Assembly: GCA_041483735.1 (NCBI GenBank)
Contig: JBGPGH010000004.1
Span: forward strand, 1 to 64,000
Source of the DNA: Gemmatimonadaceae bacterium
GTDB lineage: Bacteria; Gemmatimonadota; Gemmatimonadetes; Gemmatimonadales; Gemmatimonadaceae
Length of the DNA stretch: 64,000 nt
Reading direction: 5' to 3'
The notes under the pieces were generated by a model. That model searched no databases and was not told where the DNA came from. It saw only the letters and a program-made list of their open reading frames with translations. Of this stretch, positions 27,110 through 35,842 are shown piece after piece. A program made the position numbers and the translations under genes. Position 1 is the first letter of the stretch. Each line of letters starts with the position of its first letter.

Positions 27110-27232
27110 GGGAGAGGAATGATGGGACCGCGGGCGGCGCCTTTCAACGCGCACGGCCGCGCACTCCCTCGACTGGCCCCGGTGGCGCACGCGGGACACA
27201 TTGGAGCGACGCGCTTCCACCGGGAGTGAGCC

Positions 27233-27622
27233 ATGAGGGCACAGACCGCGTTTGGCCTTTCGCGCATCGGACAGATCGCCGTCCGCGTGAAGCAGATCGA
27301 CCGCGCGGTGGCGTTCTATCGGGACACGCTGGGCGTGCCGTTCCTGTTCAACGTGCCGACGATGGCGTTCTTCCAGTGCGGCGAGATCTCGCTGATGCTC
27401 GACATCCCGGAGGACAAGGAGTTCGACCACCCGTCCTCGCTGCTCTACTTCAGCGTCGAGGACATCGACGATGCCTACCGGACGCTCACCGATCGCGGCG
27501 TCGAGTTCCTGAGCGAGCCGCACATCGTGCACCGGGCTTCGGACTTCGAGCTGTGGATGGCCTTCTTCCGCGATCCGGACCACAACACGCTGGCGCTGAT
27601 GTCGCGGAAGCCCCGGGTGTAG
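27233..27622 (+). CDS. VOC family protein (glyoxalase/bleomycin-resistance fold)
   Basis: 129 aa, paired beta-alpha-beta-beta-beta modules, GGGAG upstream of ATG. Confidence 0.8.
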   Translation: MRAQTAFGLSRIGQIAVRVKQIDRAVAFYRDTLGVPFLFNVPTMAFFQCGEISLMLDIPEDKEFDHPSSLLYFSVEDIDDAYRTLTDRGVEFLSEPHIVHRASDFELWMAFFRDPDHNTLALMSRKPRV

Positions 27623-27662
27623 CCGGCGGGCCGGCCGCGTCCCGCACCGCCACCACCGCTCC

Positions 27663-28181
27663 GTGACCGTGGACGCCGCCCCCTCCCCGCCGGTCGCACC
27701 CGCCATCCGGGCCATCGGCCCGTCCGGCTCGGGTGAAGCCGAGCAGTGCGCGCGGATGATGGCGGCGTCGGAGCCGTGGCGGACGCTGGGGCGGACGTAC
27801 CAGCGCTCGCTGGACGTCGTGAGGCAGCCCGACCGCGACATCTGGGTGGCCGTCGACGGCGCCGCCGTGCTCGGCTTCATCATCGTCGACCACCGCGGCC
27901 TGCTCAACGGCTACATCCAGACCGTCTGCGTCGACCCCGGTCGGCGGAACGCGGGCGTGGGAAGCCGGCTGGTGGCGTTCGCCGAATCGCGGATCTTCCG
28001 CGAGAGTCCCAACGTCTTCCTCTGCGTCTCGACCTTCAATCCCGATGCGTTGCGCCTCTACCAGCGCCTGGGCTACGCGGTGGTGGGCGAGCTCGCCGAT
28101 TACCTGGTGGCCGGCCACGGCGAGATCCTGATGCGCAAGAGCCGCGGCCCCTGGTCCTCTTTCACGCCGCCGGCGGACTAG
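27663..28181 (+). CDS. GNAT family N-acetyltransferase
   Basis: Motif A region …QTVCVDPGRRNAGVGSRLVAFAE…; 172 aa. Confidence 0.75.
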   Translation: MTVDAAPSPPVAPAIRAIGPSGSGEAEQCARMMAASEPWRTLGRTYQRSLDVVRQPDRDIWVAVDGAAVLGFIIVDHRGLLNGYIQTVCVDPGRRNAGVGSRLVAFAESRIFRESPNVFLCVSTFNPDALRLYQRLGYAVVGELADYLVAGHGEILMRKSRGPWSSFTPPAD

Positions 28182-28202
28182 AGTTAGGTGGTGCGTGCCC
28201 TT

Positions 28203-28290
28203 GACCGCTGACCGCTGACCGCCGACCGCTGACCGCTGACCGCCGACCGCTGACCGCCGACCGCTGACCGCCGACCGCTGTCCTGAACAC
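28203..28290. repeat. tandem heptanucleotide array (GACCGCY)x~12.5, intergenic
   Basis: gaccgctgaccgctgaccgccgaccgct… perfect 7-nt periodicity for 88 nt between GNAT gene and membrane protein gene. Confidence 0.85.
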
Positions 28291-28312
28291 CGGCCCTGAC
28301 CCTGACCCCGAA

Positions 28313-28642
28313 ATGAAGCGCCTCCTCTGGCTGGTCCTCGCCTTCATCGCGTTCATCGTCACCAACGCCACCGCCGGATTCTGGATCGAGGACGCCGGGT
28401 GGTCGATCTCCGACGCCATCCGGCACTTCATGGACGCGGCCCACTCGGACTGGCTGCTCGTGTCGCTGCTGATTCATACCGGCGTGTTCACCATCGCCGG
28501 CATCGCCTGGTGGCTGCGCGAGATGCGCCGCCGCGGCTGGAGCCGGCGCCGCCGCGGATGGTGGATCGTCGCCCTGGTGGTGCTCGGCGCGCCGGCGCTG
28601 CTCGCCTGGCTGGCCGCGGATCGGGATGACGCGCCGGCGTGA
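28313..28642 (+). CDS. hypothetical small membrane protein (3 TM, Trp/Arg-rich)
   Basis: ATG with good GC3; TM helices; overlaps cobB start by 17 nt. Confidence 0.5.
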   Translation: MKRLLWLVLAFIAFIVTNATAGFWIEDAGWSISDAIRHFMDAAHSDWLLVSLLIHTGVFTIAGIAWWLREMRRRGWSRRRRGWWIVALVVLGAPALLAWLAADRDDAPA

Positions 28643-29420
28643 GCTCGCCGGCTGGCAGGGCGCGCTTGGCGCCGCCGCCGCCGCCCTCCGCGGTGGTGCG
28701 GACGCGACCGGCCCGCGGCGGGTGACGGTCCTGACCGGTGCCGGCGTGTCGGCCGAGAGCGGGATTCCGACGTTTCGCGAGGCATTGACCGGCCTCTGGG
28801 CGCGGTTCAGTCCCGAGGATCTGGCGACGCCGGAGGCCTTCGCGCGCCACCCGCGGGTGGTGTGGGAGTGGTACCGGGAGCGCCGCGAGATGGTCCTGCG
28901 CGCAGAGCCTAACGCAGCGCACCGGGCGCTCGCCCGGCTCGAGCGGGTGCCCGGGGCGCCGCGGGCGACCATCCTCACCCAGAACGTCGACGGGCTGCAC
29001 CAGCGGGCCGGCAGTACCGACGTGGTGGAGCTGCACGGCAGCCTGCTCCGCGCCCGCTGCGAGCGCGAGGGGACGGTGGTGGAGCGGTGGAAGGAACCCG
29101 ATGACCCTCCGCCGCGCTGCGCCGGCTGCGGCGCCCGCCTCCGCCCCGACGTGGTCTGGTTCGGCGAGATGCTGCCCGAGGGCGCGCTGCGGCGCGCCAT
29201 GTCGGCGGCCACCGCCTGCGACGCCTTCCTGTCGGTGGGGACGTCGAACGTGGTGGAACCCGCGGCGTCGCTCCCGTGGGCCGCCGCCGCGGCCGGTGCG
29301 CCGGTGATCGTGATCAACCCGGTCATGGACGGGCAGCGCGCCGGCCCGGGTATTCACTGGCTGGCGGGGAAGGCGGGCGAGGTGCTACCGGCGCTGGTCG
29401 ACGCGGCCTGGCCCGGCTGA
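28626..29420 (+). CDS. cobB: NAD-dependent protein deacylase, Sir2 family
   Basis: GAGVSAESGIPTFR NAD-binding motif, Zn-binding CAGCG…, QNVDGLH; 264 aa. Confidence 0.85.
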   Translation: MTRRRELAGWQGALGAAAAALRGGADATGPRRVTVLTGAGVSAESGIPTFREALTGLWARFSPEDLATPEAFARHPRVVWEWYRERREMVLRAEPNAAHRALARLERVPGAPRATILTQNVDGLHQRAGSTDVVELHGSLLRARCEREGTVVERWKEPDDPPPRCAGCGARLRPDVVWFGEMLPEGALRRAMSAATACDAFLSVGTSNVVEPAASLPWAAAAAGAPVIVINPVMDGQRAGPGIHWLAGKAGEVLPALVDAAWPG

Positions 29421-29490
29421 GCCCCCTGGCGCTGCTGGCGCGCCCGCCCGGCAACGGTTAGGATCAGCGCACTCTCAGCCGGGAGGTCCG

Positions 29491-30231
29491 ATGATCGAGA
29501 CCGCGTTGCGTCCGCGCTCGCCCACCGAGATCATCGACGCGGCGTTCCAGCTGCTGCGATTCCACTACACGCCGCTGGTCGCGGTGACGGCGATGTTCGT
29601 CCTCCCGCCGCTGCTGCTGCGCCTGGTCATGCCCGAGGAGCTGGCGATCATTCCCAACCTGCTCAGCCGGATTCTCCAGTCCGGTTCCACCGGCGCGGTG
29701 ATCCTGCTGGTCAGCGACGTCTACCTGGGCCGGCCCGCGGATGTCGGGAGCGCCATGCGCCGCGCGATCAACCGGCTCGGCGCGATTTTCTGGGCGTCGG
29801 TAATGCAGGGCTTGATCGTCGGCCTCGGGCTGCTCCTCCTCATCGTCCCCGGCATCATCTGGGGTGCGTGGGCGTTCGCCATGCCCATGGTCGTCGTCGT
29901 GGAAAACCTCGGCGCATCGGCATCGTTCGACCGGTCCAAGGCACTCGCCAGGGGCGAGGTATGGCGCATTCTCAAGACGCTCGTCGTGACGTATCTCGTC
30001 TTCTACCTGGTCGTGATCGCGATGATCGCGGTGATTTCCGCCGTGGCCGGCGACTTGAGTGGCCGGGCCTCCGACCTGGTTTTCGGCATCCTGTCCATCC
30101 TCTTCTATCCGGCGGTCGCGACGGTGGCCACGTTGCTCTACTACGACCTGCGGATCCGGAAGGAGGGATTCGACCTGGAGGTGATGGCGATGGCCCTTGA
30201 TGGCGCCACCGCCGCGCCTGCCGCCCGCTGA
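29491..30231 (+). CDS. polytopic membrane protein (glycerophosphodiester-phosphodiesterase membrane-domain-like DUF)
   Basis: GGGAGG 4 nt upstream of ATG; 6 predicted TM helices. Confidence 0.55.
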   Translation: MIETALRPRSPTEIIDAAFQLLRFHYTPLVAVTAMFVLPPLLLRLVMPEELAIIPNLLSRILQSGSTGAVILLVSDVYLGRPADVGSAMRRAINRLGAIFWASVMQGLIVGLGLLLLIVPGIIWGAWAFAMPMVVVVENLGASASFDRSKALARGEVWRILKTLVVTYLVFYLVVIAMIAVISAVAGDLSGRASDLVFGILSILFYPAVATVATLLYYDLRIRKEGFDLEVMAMALDGATAAPAAR

Positions 30232-30235
30232 GCGC

Positions 30236-31996
30236 TCAGGGCGCGGCCCCGCGGAGCGGTCGCGGGGCCGCCGCGCCGCGGCCGCCATTCTCGTGAGGCA
30301 TTGCCCGCGCCATGTCGTCGCGCAGCGCGCGCGCCGACAGCCGGCGCCCCAGGAATTCCTCCAGCACGTCGCGCGTCGGGCGCTCCAGCCCGAACCGATA
30401 GAGCCGCGCCGTGGTCCACGCAAACCACGACGGGTCCGGGGCCAGCGGGTCGTGGCCCAGCTCGCGCATCCGCGCCCGGACGTCGGCGGCGATGATCGCG
30501 CCCAGGGCGTAGTTCATCATGTAGCCGGGTGAGTCGACGAGCTGGCCGCGCCGGGCCCACCACGACAGCTCGGGGTGCGGCCGCACGTGCAGGTAGCGGC
30601 TGGTGAGATCGGCCCAGACCCGGTTCGGATCCGACTCGGGCGCGCGGTGCATCCGGACCTCGAACAGCGCCCAGGCGATGTCGAGGACGATGCCGGCGTA
30701 GCGCTCCCGCAGCGACTCACCTAACGGTACCGAGTCGCCCAGCATCCGCCACTGCCAGGCGGGTTCGTAGACGTCCAGCGCCGCCAGCTCGGCGATCCCC
30801 TCGGTGAACGGGTCGCTGTCGGGCCAGTCGCGGAACGCCGGGCGGGTGTGGATGCCGGCGAGGTGGACGGCGTGGCCGGTCTCGTGGAGCAACTCGTTCA
30901 GGTTCCCCAGCCCGCCGGTGCGGTAGGTCGCGAACACCGCCGGCCGCGTCCCGGCCGGCCCGCCCGGGCGGTTGTCGTCCCGCCCGCCGAACGTCGTGAA
31001 CGCCACCGGCGTCTTTCCGGCGCGTGGTTCGAGGTCGTACGACACACCGAGCGCCCGGGGGTCGGCGCCGAGCGCGGCCCAGGCGTCGCGGGTGATCCGG
31101 GGCAGGTCGGCGAGCGGCACGCGGGAGTCCAGCCGCCGGCCGGCCGCGCCGGACTGGTACTCGAAGTCCCACGGCTCGATCAGGCTGTCGGGTGTGATCC
31201 GCGACCACGCGTCGAGGATGTCGGTGAGTCCGCGCTCGAGCGCGCCGGGCCCGAACCCCAGCGCGCGGGCCGCCGCGTCCACCGGCGACCCGGTCCGCCG
31301 CCACCCGGCAGCGCTCAAGCGCACCATGGCGCGATACGGACTGCCGGCGCCGTCGTCGCCGTTGACGGTGCGGAACATCGGCTCGAGCGACAGGAAGAGG
31401 GCGCGCCGGCGCGCCGGATCATCGGTGCGGGCCGTCATCGCGAGAATCGTGAGGCGGTCGAGGGTGTCGGCGCCCACGACAATCCGCCGCGCAGCCGCGC
31501 CGTAGCAGGCGTAGATCCGCCGCTGCAGCGAGTCGAGGGCGAGCGGCATCGCCAGGGCGGCGATCGCGCGCGCGTCGTACGCGCAATCCGGCTCGGCCGT
31601 GCGCGCCCCAGCCCGCGTCACGCGCAGCGACTCGGGCAGCTCCTGCTCCATCGTCCGCCGCATCGTCGCCAGCGCCCGTTGGTCGTCTCGCGACAGCGAC
31701 CGCCCGGGCACCGCCGCCAGCGCCGTCGCCGAACGCGCCCGCAGGCCGGCGTACCGGCCGGCCAGCACGTCCAGCGGCTCTCCGTCGTCGGCGCGGGGCG
31801 GGTCGCTTCCGCGTTCCCGGCCGACGTCGATGGCGTCCTTCAGCGACCGGAGGCTCTCGTACTGCGATTCGGCCGCCGCCAGCGCCGCCGCCTCGCGCCC
31901 GTCCGTGCCTGGCGGGTTGTGGCACGCGGACACGAAGAGAACGAGTGAAAAAGAAACGAAACGAGCGGCGGTTGCGTGGGAGGCTGGGCGGATCAT
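30236..31996 (-). CDS. gluzincin-type zinc metallopeptidase lipoprotein (HExxH…E; M2/M3-like)
   Basis: Lipobox LVLFVSAC; LHETGHAVH + downstream TEGIAE; 586 aa; ATG at 31996. Confidence 0.7.
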   Translation of the reverse strand: MIRPASHATAARFVSFSLVLFVSACHNPPGTDGREAAALAAAESQYESLRSLKDAIDVGRERGSDPPRADDGEPLDVLAGRYAGLRARSATALAAVPGRSLSRDDQRALATMRRTMEQELPESLRVTRAGARTAEPDCAYDARAIAALAMPLALDSLQRRIYACYGAAARRIVVGADTLDRLTILAMTARTDDPARRRALFLSLEPMFRTVNGDDGAGSPYRAMVRLSAAGWRRTGSPVDAAARALGFGPGALERGLTDILDAWSRITPDSLIEPWDFEYQSGAAGRRLDSRVPLADLPRITRDAWAALGADPRALGVSYDLEPRAGKTPVAFTTFGGRDDNRPGGPAGTRPAVFATYRTGGLGNLNELLHETGHAVHLAGIHTRPAFRDWPDSDPFTEGIAELAALDVYEPAWQWRMLGDSVPLGESLRERYAGIVLDIAWALFEVRMHRAPESDPNRVWADLTSRYLHVRPHPELSWWARRGQLVDSPGYMMNYALGAIIAADVRARMRELGHDPLAPDPSWFAWTTARLYRFGLERPTRDVLEEFLGRRLSARALRDDMARAMPHENGGRGAAAPRPLRGAAP

Positions 31997-32177
31997 GGCT
32001 GGAGACGCTGGAAGCGACCGGGAAGCTACGGCGCCGCGCGGGGGCCGCGCTACATTATGAGCCACCGGGCCCGATCGCCCCCGCGGCCGGCGGCACGAAA
32101 TTCGCCATCGCCCCACGCAGCTTTCTCGTTTCTCGTTTCTCGTCTCTCGTCTCTCATTTCTCGTTTCTCGATTGCTC
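31933..32177. repeat. pair of inverted degenerate (TTTCTCG)n heptamer arrays flanking ~150 bp
   Basis: Forward array tttctcgtttctcgtttctcgtctctcgtctctcatttctcgtttctcg (32121-32177); reverse-complement degenerate array cgaagagaacgagtgaaaaagaaacgaaacgagcgg (31933-31968) which encodes the peptidase signal peptide FVSFSLVLFVS. Confidence 0.6.
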
Positions 32178-32201
32178 TCGTACCCCCTTGCCCCGTCGCC
32201 C

Positions 32202-32741
32202 ATGACCGCCCCCGCCCCCGACTCCCTCAAATTCCCGATCGGCAAGTTCGTCCGTCCCCCGCGCCTCACGCCCGCGGAGCGGGCCGCGGCGATCGACGCC
32301 ATCGCCGCCACGCCGGCCAAGTTCCGCGATGCGGTGCACGGCCTGTCGGCCGCCCAGCTCGACACCCCCTATCGCCCCGGCGGCTGGACCGTCCGCCAGC
32401 TGGTGCACCACATGCCGGACAGCCACATGAACGCGTACGTGCGCTTCAAGCTGGCGCTCACCGAGGACAACCCGACGATCAAGCCATACGACGAGGCGCT
32501 GTGGGCCAATCTGCCTGACACCGCCGGCACCGCGCCCGAGACGTCGTTGACGATGCTGACGGTGCTGCACGAGCGCTGGGTGGCGCTGCTCCGCGCGATG
32601 GAACCGGCCGCGTTCTCGCGCCCGCTCGTTCATCCGGACAACGGGCCGATGAACCTCGACCAGCTGCTGGCGCTCTACGCCTGGCACGGACCCCACCACA
32701 CCGCGCACGTCACCTCGCTGCGCCAGCGCATGGGGTGGTAG
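32202..32741 (+). CDS. DinB_2/YfiT-like putative metal-dependent hydrolase (DinB/YfiT four-helix bundle)
   Basis: N-terminus …LKFPIGKF…, His triad context (HHMPDSHMNAY, WHGPHHTAH); ATG at M11 of track ORF (coordinate from track frame). Confidence 0.75.
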   Translation: MTAPAPDSLKFPIGKFVRPPRLTPAERAAAIDAIAATPAKFRDAVHGLSAAQLDTPYRPGGWTVRQLVHHMPDSHMNAYVRFKLALTEDNPTIKPYDEALWANLPDTAGTAPETSLTMLTVLHERWVALLRAMEPAAFSRPLVHPDNGPMNLDQLLALYAWHGPHHTAHVTSLRQRMGW

Positions 32742-33991
32742 TGGGCCCGGCCGGCGCGGCGGCGGCGGGCCCACCCCGCCGCATTCTGCTCGCGGACGCC
32801 GACGCGTTCTTCGTCGCCGTCGCGCGGATGGTCGATCCCGACGGCGCCGGCCGCGAGCCGCTGCTGATCGTGGGCGGCACGCGGGAGAGCCGCGGTGTGG
32901 TCTGTTCGGCGTCCTACGAAACGCGACAGTACGGCGTGCGCTCGGCGATGCCGATCGCGCAGGCGCTGCGCCTCTGTCCGGGCGCGGTCTGCGTGCCGGT
33001 GCCCCGCAAGGCGTGCGTGGCCCGGAGCCGCGAGATCCGCGCGGTGCTCGACCGGTTCGCGCCGGTGGTGGAGGCGGCCAGCATCGACGAATGGTACCTG
33101 GACCTGAGCGGCACCGAGGCGCTCTACCACGGTGAGGCACTGGCCGACACCGCCGCGCGCATCCGGCATGAGGTCGCGGACACGACTGGCCTCAGCGTCT
33201 CGTTCGGCGGCGGGACCTCGCGGCTGATCGCCAAACTGGCGGTGGAGCGGGCCAAGCCCCGGCCCGGGAACGACGCCACCGGCGTGCGCGTGGTGGCCGC
33301 CGGCGCCGAGGGGGAGTTCCTGGGCGGCGTGATGCTGGCCGAGATTCCGATGGTCGGGCCGAAATTCCAGCAGCGGCTGGCGCAGTTCGGGCTGCGGGCG
33401 GTGCCCGACGTCCTGGCGATCGATCCGGCGACGCTGGCGCGCTGGCTGGGCGAGCGTGAGGCGGCGTGGCTGTCGCGGCGGGTGCGGGGGATCGACGACA
33501 CGCCGGTGGAGTCGCGCGGCGACGCCCGCAGCATCAGCCGGGACGAGACCTTCCCGGTCGACCTGGCCGACGACGCGTCGCTGGAGCGGGCGCTGCTGGC
33601 GCTGGTGGTGCGGGCCGCGTCGGACCTGCGCGGCGATGGCCTCTGCGCGCGCACGATCACCGTCCGCATCCGCGACGCCGACTTCCGCACTCGTCAGGCG
33701 TCGCGGACGCTGGCCGCGCCGGTGGTCACCGACCGGGTGATCTTCGGCGTCGCCCGGGCGCTGCTGGGCCGGCTGCGCGCGGCGCGGCGGACGCCGGCGC
33801 GGCTGCTGGGCGTCGCGCTCTCGTCGCTGGCGTCGGACCCCGAGGCCGACCAGCTCCCGCTCTTCGATGGCGGCGCCGATGAGCCGGCCGAGAGCCCGCG
33901 CGACCGCCGGCTGGCGGCGGTGGTCGATCGCGTCCGGGCCCGGTTCGGTCCCGACGCCATCCTCCCCGGCGGACTGGGCGGCCGCCAGTGA
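32735..33991 (+). CDS. dinB: DNA polymerase IV (Y-family)
   Basis: ILLADADAFFVAVA (DMDxFFA-like) catalytic N-terminus, SIDE, HhH and little-finger regions; GTG start overlapping upstream stop. Confidence 0.88.
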   Translation: MVVGPAGAAAAGPPRRILLADADAFFVAVARMVDPDGAGREPLLIVGGTRESRGVVCSASYETRQYGVRSAMPIAQALRLCPGAVCVPVPRKACVARSREIRAVLDRFAPVVEAASIDEWYLDLSGTEALYHGEALADTAARIRHEVADTTGLSVSFGGGTSRLIAKLAVERAKPRPGNDATGVRVVAAGAEGEFLGGVMLAEIPMVGPKFQQRLAQFGLRAVPDVLAIDPATLARWLGEREAAWLSRRVRGIDDTPVESRGDARSISRDETFPVDLADDASLERALLALVVRAASDLRGDGLCARTITVRIRDADFRTRQASRTLAAPVVTDRVIFGVARALLGRLRAARRTPARLLGVALSSLASDPEADQLPLFDGGADEPAESPRDRRLAAVVDRVRARFGPDAILPGGLGGRQ

Positions 33992-35842
33992 TCAGGTCGG
34001 GTCGCCGCGTTTCTTCTTCTTCTGTTTCCGCTTGTCGTCCGCGGCGGCGGACGGCGGCGGCGTCTTGTCGGGCGACGTGTTGATCTCGTAGACCGGCAGG
34101 TCATCGTCGTCCGCGGGTGGCGCGCCGCCGATCTCGTAGACCTTCAGGTCGTCGGCTGCCACCTTGCCGCTCCCGATCTCGTAGACCGGCAGGTCGTCGT
34201 CGTCAGGCTTGCCGCCCTTGATCTCGTAGACCGGCAGATCGTCATCGGCCGCGGCTCCGACCTTGATCTCGTGGACCGGGAGGTCGTCGTTCCCGGCGGG
34301 CGTCGCGGCTTTCGTTGCGCCGCCGATCTCGTAGACGGGCAGGTCGTCGTCGTCCGTCACGGCGGCGGCCGGCGCGGGCACGGCGGGCGTGTCGTCGCCC
34401 TTCACGTGCTCGATCAGGTAGACCGGCAGTTCGTCGTCCTCGTCGCGGATCTCGTAGACCGGGATCTCGTCGTGACGATCGTCGCTCTCCAGCGACGCGG
34501 GCTCGTGGACCACGGTCGCGATCTCTCCGGCGGCGCTGTCGGCGGCCTCCTCGTCGCCCTTCAGCCAGACGAACGACTTCACTTCCTTCAGCCCTTCGTC
34601 GTCGTCGCGGAGGTTGATGATGATCTCGCCGTCTTCCCCCTCCACGACGATCGGCTCCGGCGGCAGCGCCGACTGCACCGGCGTCTCTTCGTCGACGACC
34701 GCCAGGCGCCCCTCCCACGACTTCATCATCTCGCTGAACGAGTTGACCAGGTCGGGGTCGAAGTCGGTCTTCACGCGACTCTCGATGAAGCGCAGCGCCG
34801 CCTCCGCCTCCCAGGCATCGCGGTACGGCCGGTTGGTGCGCAGCGCGTCGTACACATCGCAGATGTGCACCAGCTTGCTCGCCTGGTGGCACTCGCGATG
34901 GAAGTGCAGCGACGGATAGCCGCCTCCGTTGATCATGATGTGGTGTTCGTACGCGACCACCGCGGCCAGGTCCAGCATCCGGTCGCTCTCGACGATGATC
35001 CGCGCGCCATCGGCGGGGTGCTTCTTCATCACTTCCCATTCGTCGTCGGTCAGTCGCCCGGGCTTGGTCAGGATCTCCTTGGGAATGCGGACCTTGCCCA
35101 GGTCATGGAGCAGACCGGCGACCCCGAAGGCGCGGACGTCCTTGGCGCCCAGTCCCAGGTACTCGGCCAGCGCCATCGTCAGGACGCTGACGTTGAGCGA
35201 GTGCGTGGTGGTGTACTGGTCGAACTCCTTCAGCTGGACGAGCGGGATGACGATCTCGCGGCCGCCGTGCATCGCCACCGACAGCGAGCGCACCACCGTC
35301 TCCGCCTCGAGCAGGGGAATCTGGCCGTGCGACTGGACCTCCTCGTGCATCCAGCGGACGGTGTCGGCTTCTTCGCGCAGGGTATAGGCGATGCCGGCCA
35401 CGGTGATCGCCTCGGCATCCTTGTGCGTGAGGCCGCCGGTCCCCTTCACGCCCACCGCGCCGTAGCGGATGTTCGAGCCGCGCTCCTGGCGCACGGTGGC
35501 GCTGTCGATCGCGACGGTCCCGATGCGCTGCAGGATGTCCTCGAGGAAACCATCGAAGTCGTCGCGCTCCACCGGGCCGATGAACTCGATGCGCTGGATG
35601 CCGGCGTTGGCGAGCTTGGTTCCCCAGTCCCACTCCTTGAGCTCGCGCATGGTCCGGCGCCGGTAGACGACATCGGCGCCGAGGAAGGAGAAGTCGGCGT
35701 ACTGGTCCACGGCCTGCAGCCGCAGCAGCCGGTCGTAGGCGTGCTCGATGGCGCGCTCCCGCGCGGGATGGCCCGTGCCGTAGAGCGTCATCGTCTGCAG
35801 GGCCTGCGCGAACGACGTCAGGAACTGGACCGGTTCGCTCAT
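33992..35842 (-). CDS. HD-GYP domain c-di-GMP phosphodiesterase-like protein with C-terminal acidic DDLPVYEI tandem repeats
   Basis: HDLGK and GGGYP motifs; C-terminal ~170 aa contains nine DDLPVYEI-like repeats and a KRKQKKKKR tail; ATGA overlap with upstream HEAT gene. Confidence 0.85.
   Translation of the reverse strand: MSEPVQFLTSFAQALQTMTLYGTGHPARERAIEHAYDRLLRLQAVDQYADFSFLGADVVYRRRTMRELKEWDWGTKLANAGIQRIEFIGPVERDDFDGFLEDILQRIGTVAIDSATVRQERGSNIRYGAVGVKGTGGLTHKDAEAITVAGIAYTLREEADTVRWMHEEVQSHGQIPLLEAETVVRSLSVAMHGGREIVIPLVQLKEFDQYTTTHSLNVSVLTMALAEYLGLGAKDVRAFGVAGLLHDLGKVRIPKEILTKPGRLTDDEWEVMKKHPADGARIIVESDRMLDLAAVVAYEHHIMINGGGYPSLHFHRECHQASKLVHICDVYDALRTNRPYRDAWEAEAALRFIESRVKTDFDPDLVNSFSEMMKSWEGRLAVVDEETPVQSALPPEPIVVEGEDGEIIINLRDDDEGLKEVKSFVWLKGDEEAADSAAGEIATVVHEPASLESDDRHDEIPVYEIRDEDDELPVYLIEHVKGDDTPAVPAPAAAVTDDDDLPVYEIGGATKAATPAGNDDLPVHEIKVGAAADDDLPVYEIKGGKPDDDDLPVYEIGSGKVAADDLKVYEIGGAPPADDDDLPVYEINTSPDKTPPPSAAADDKRKQKKKKRGDPT

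Noticed and set aside
28203-28290. Heptamer tandem arrays (also 32121-32177, 63672-63735) considered as CRISPR arrays
   Set aside because: Units are only 7 nt with no unique spacers, no leader, and no cas genes nearby. They are simple satellites, not CRISPR.
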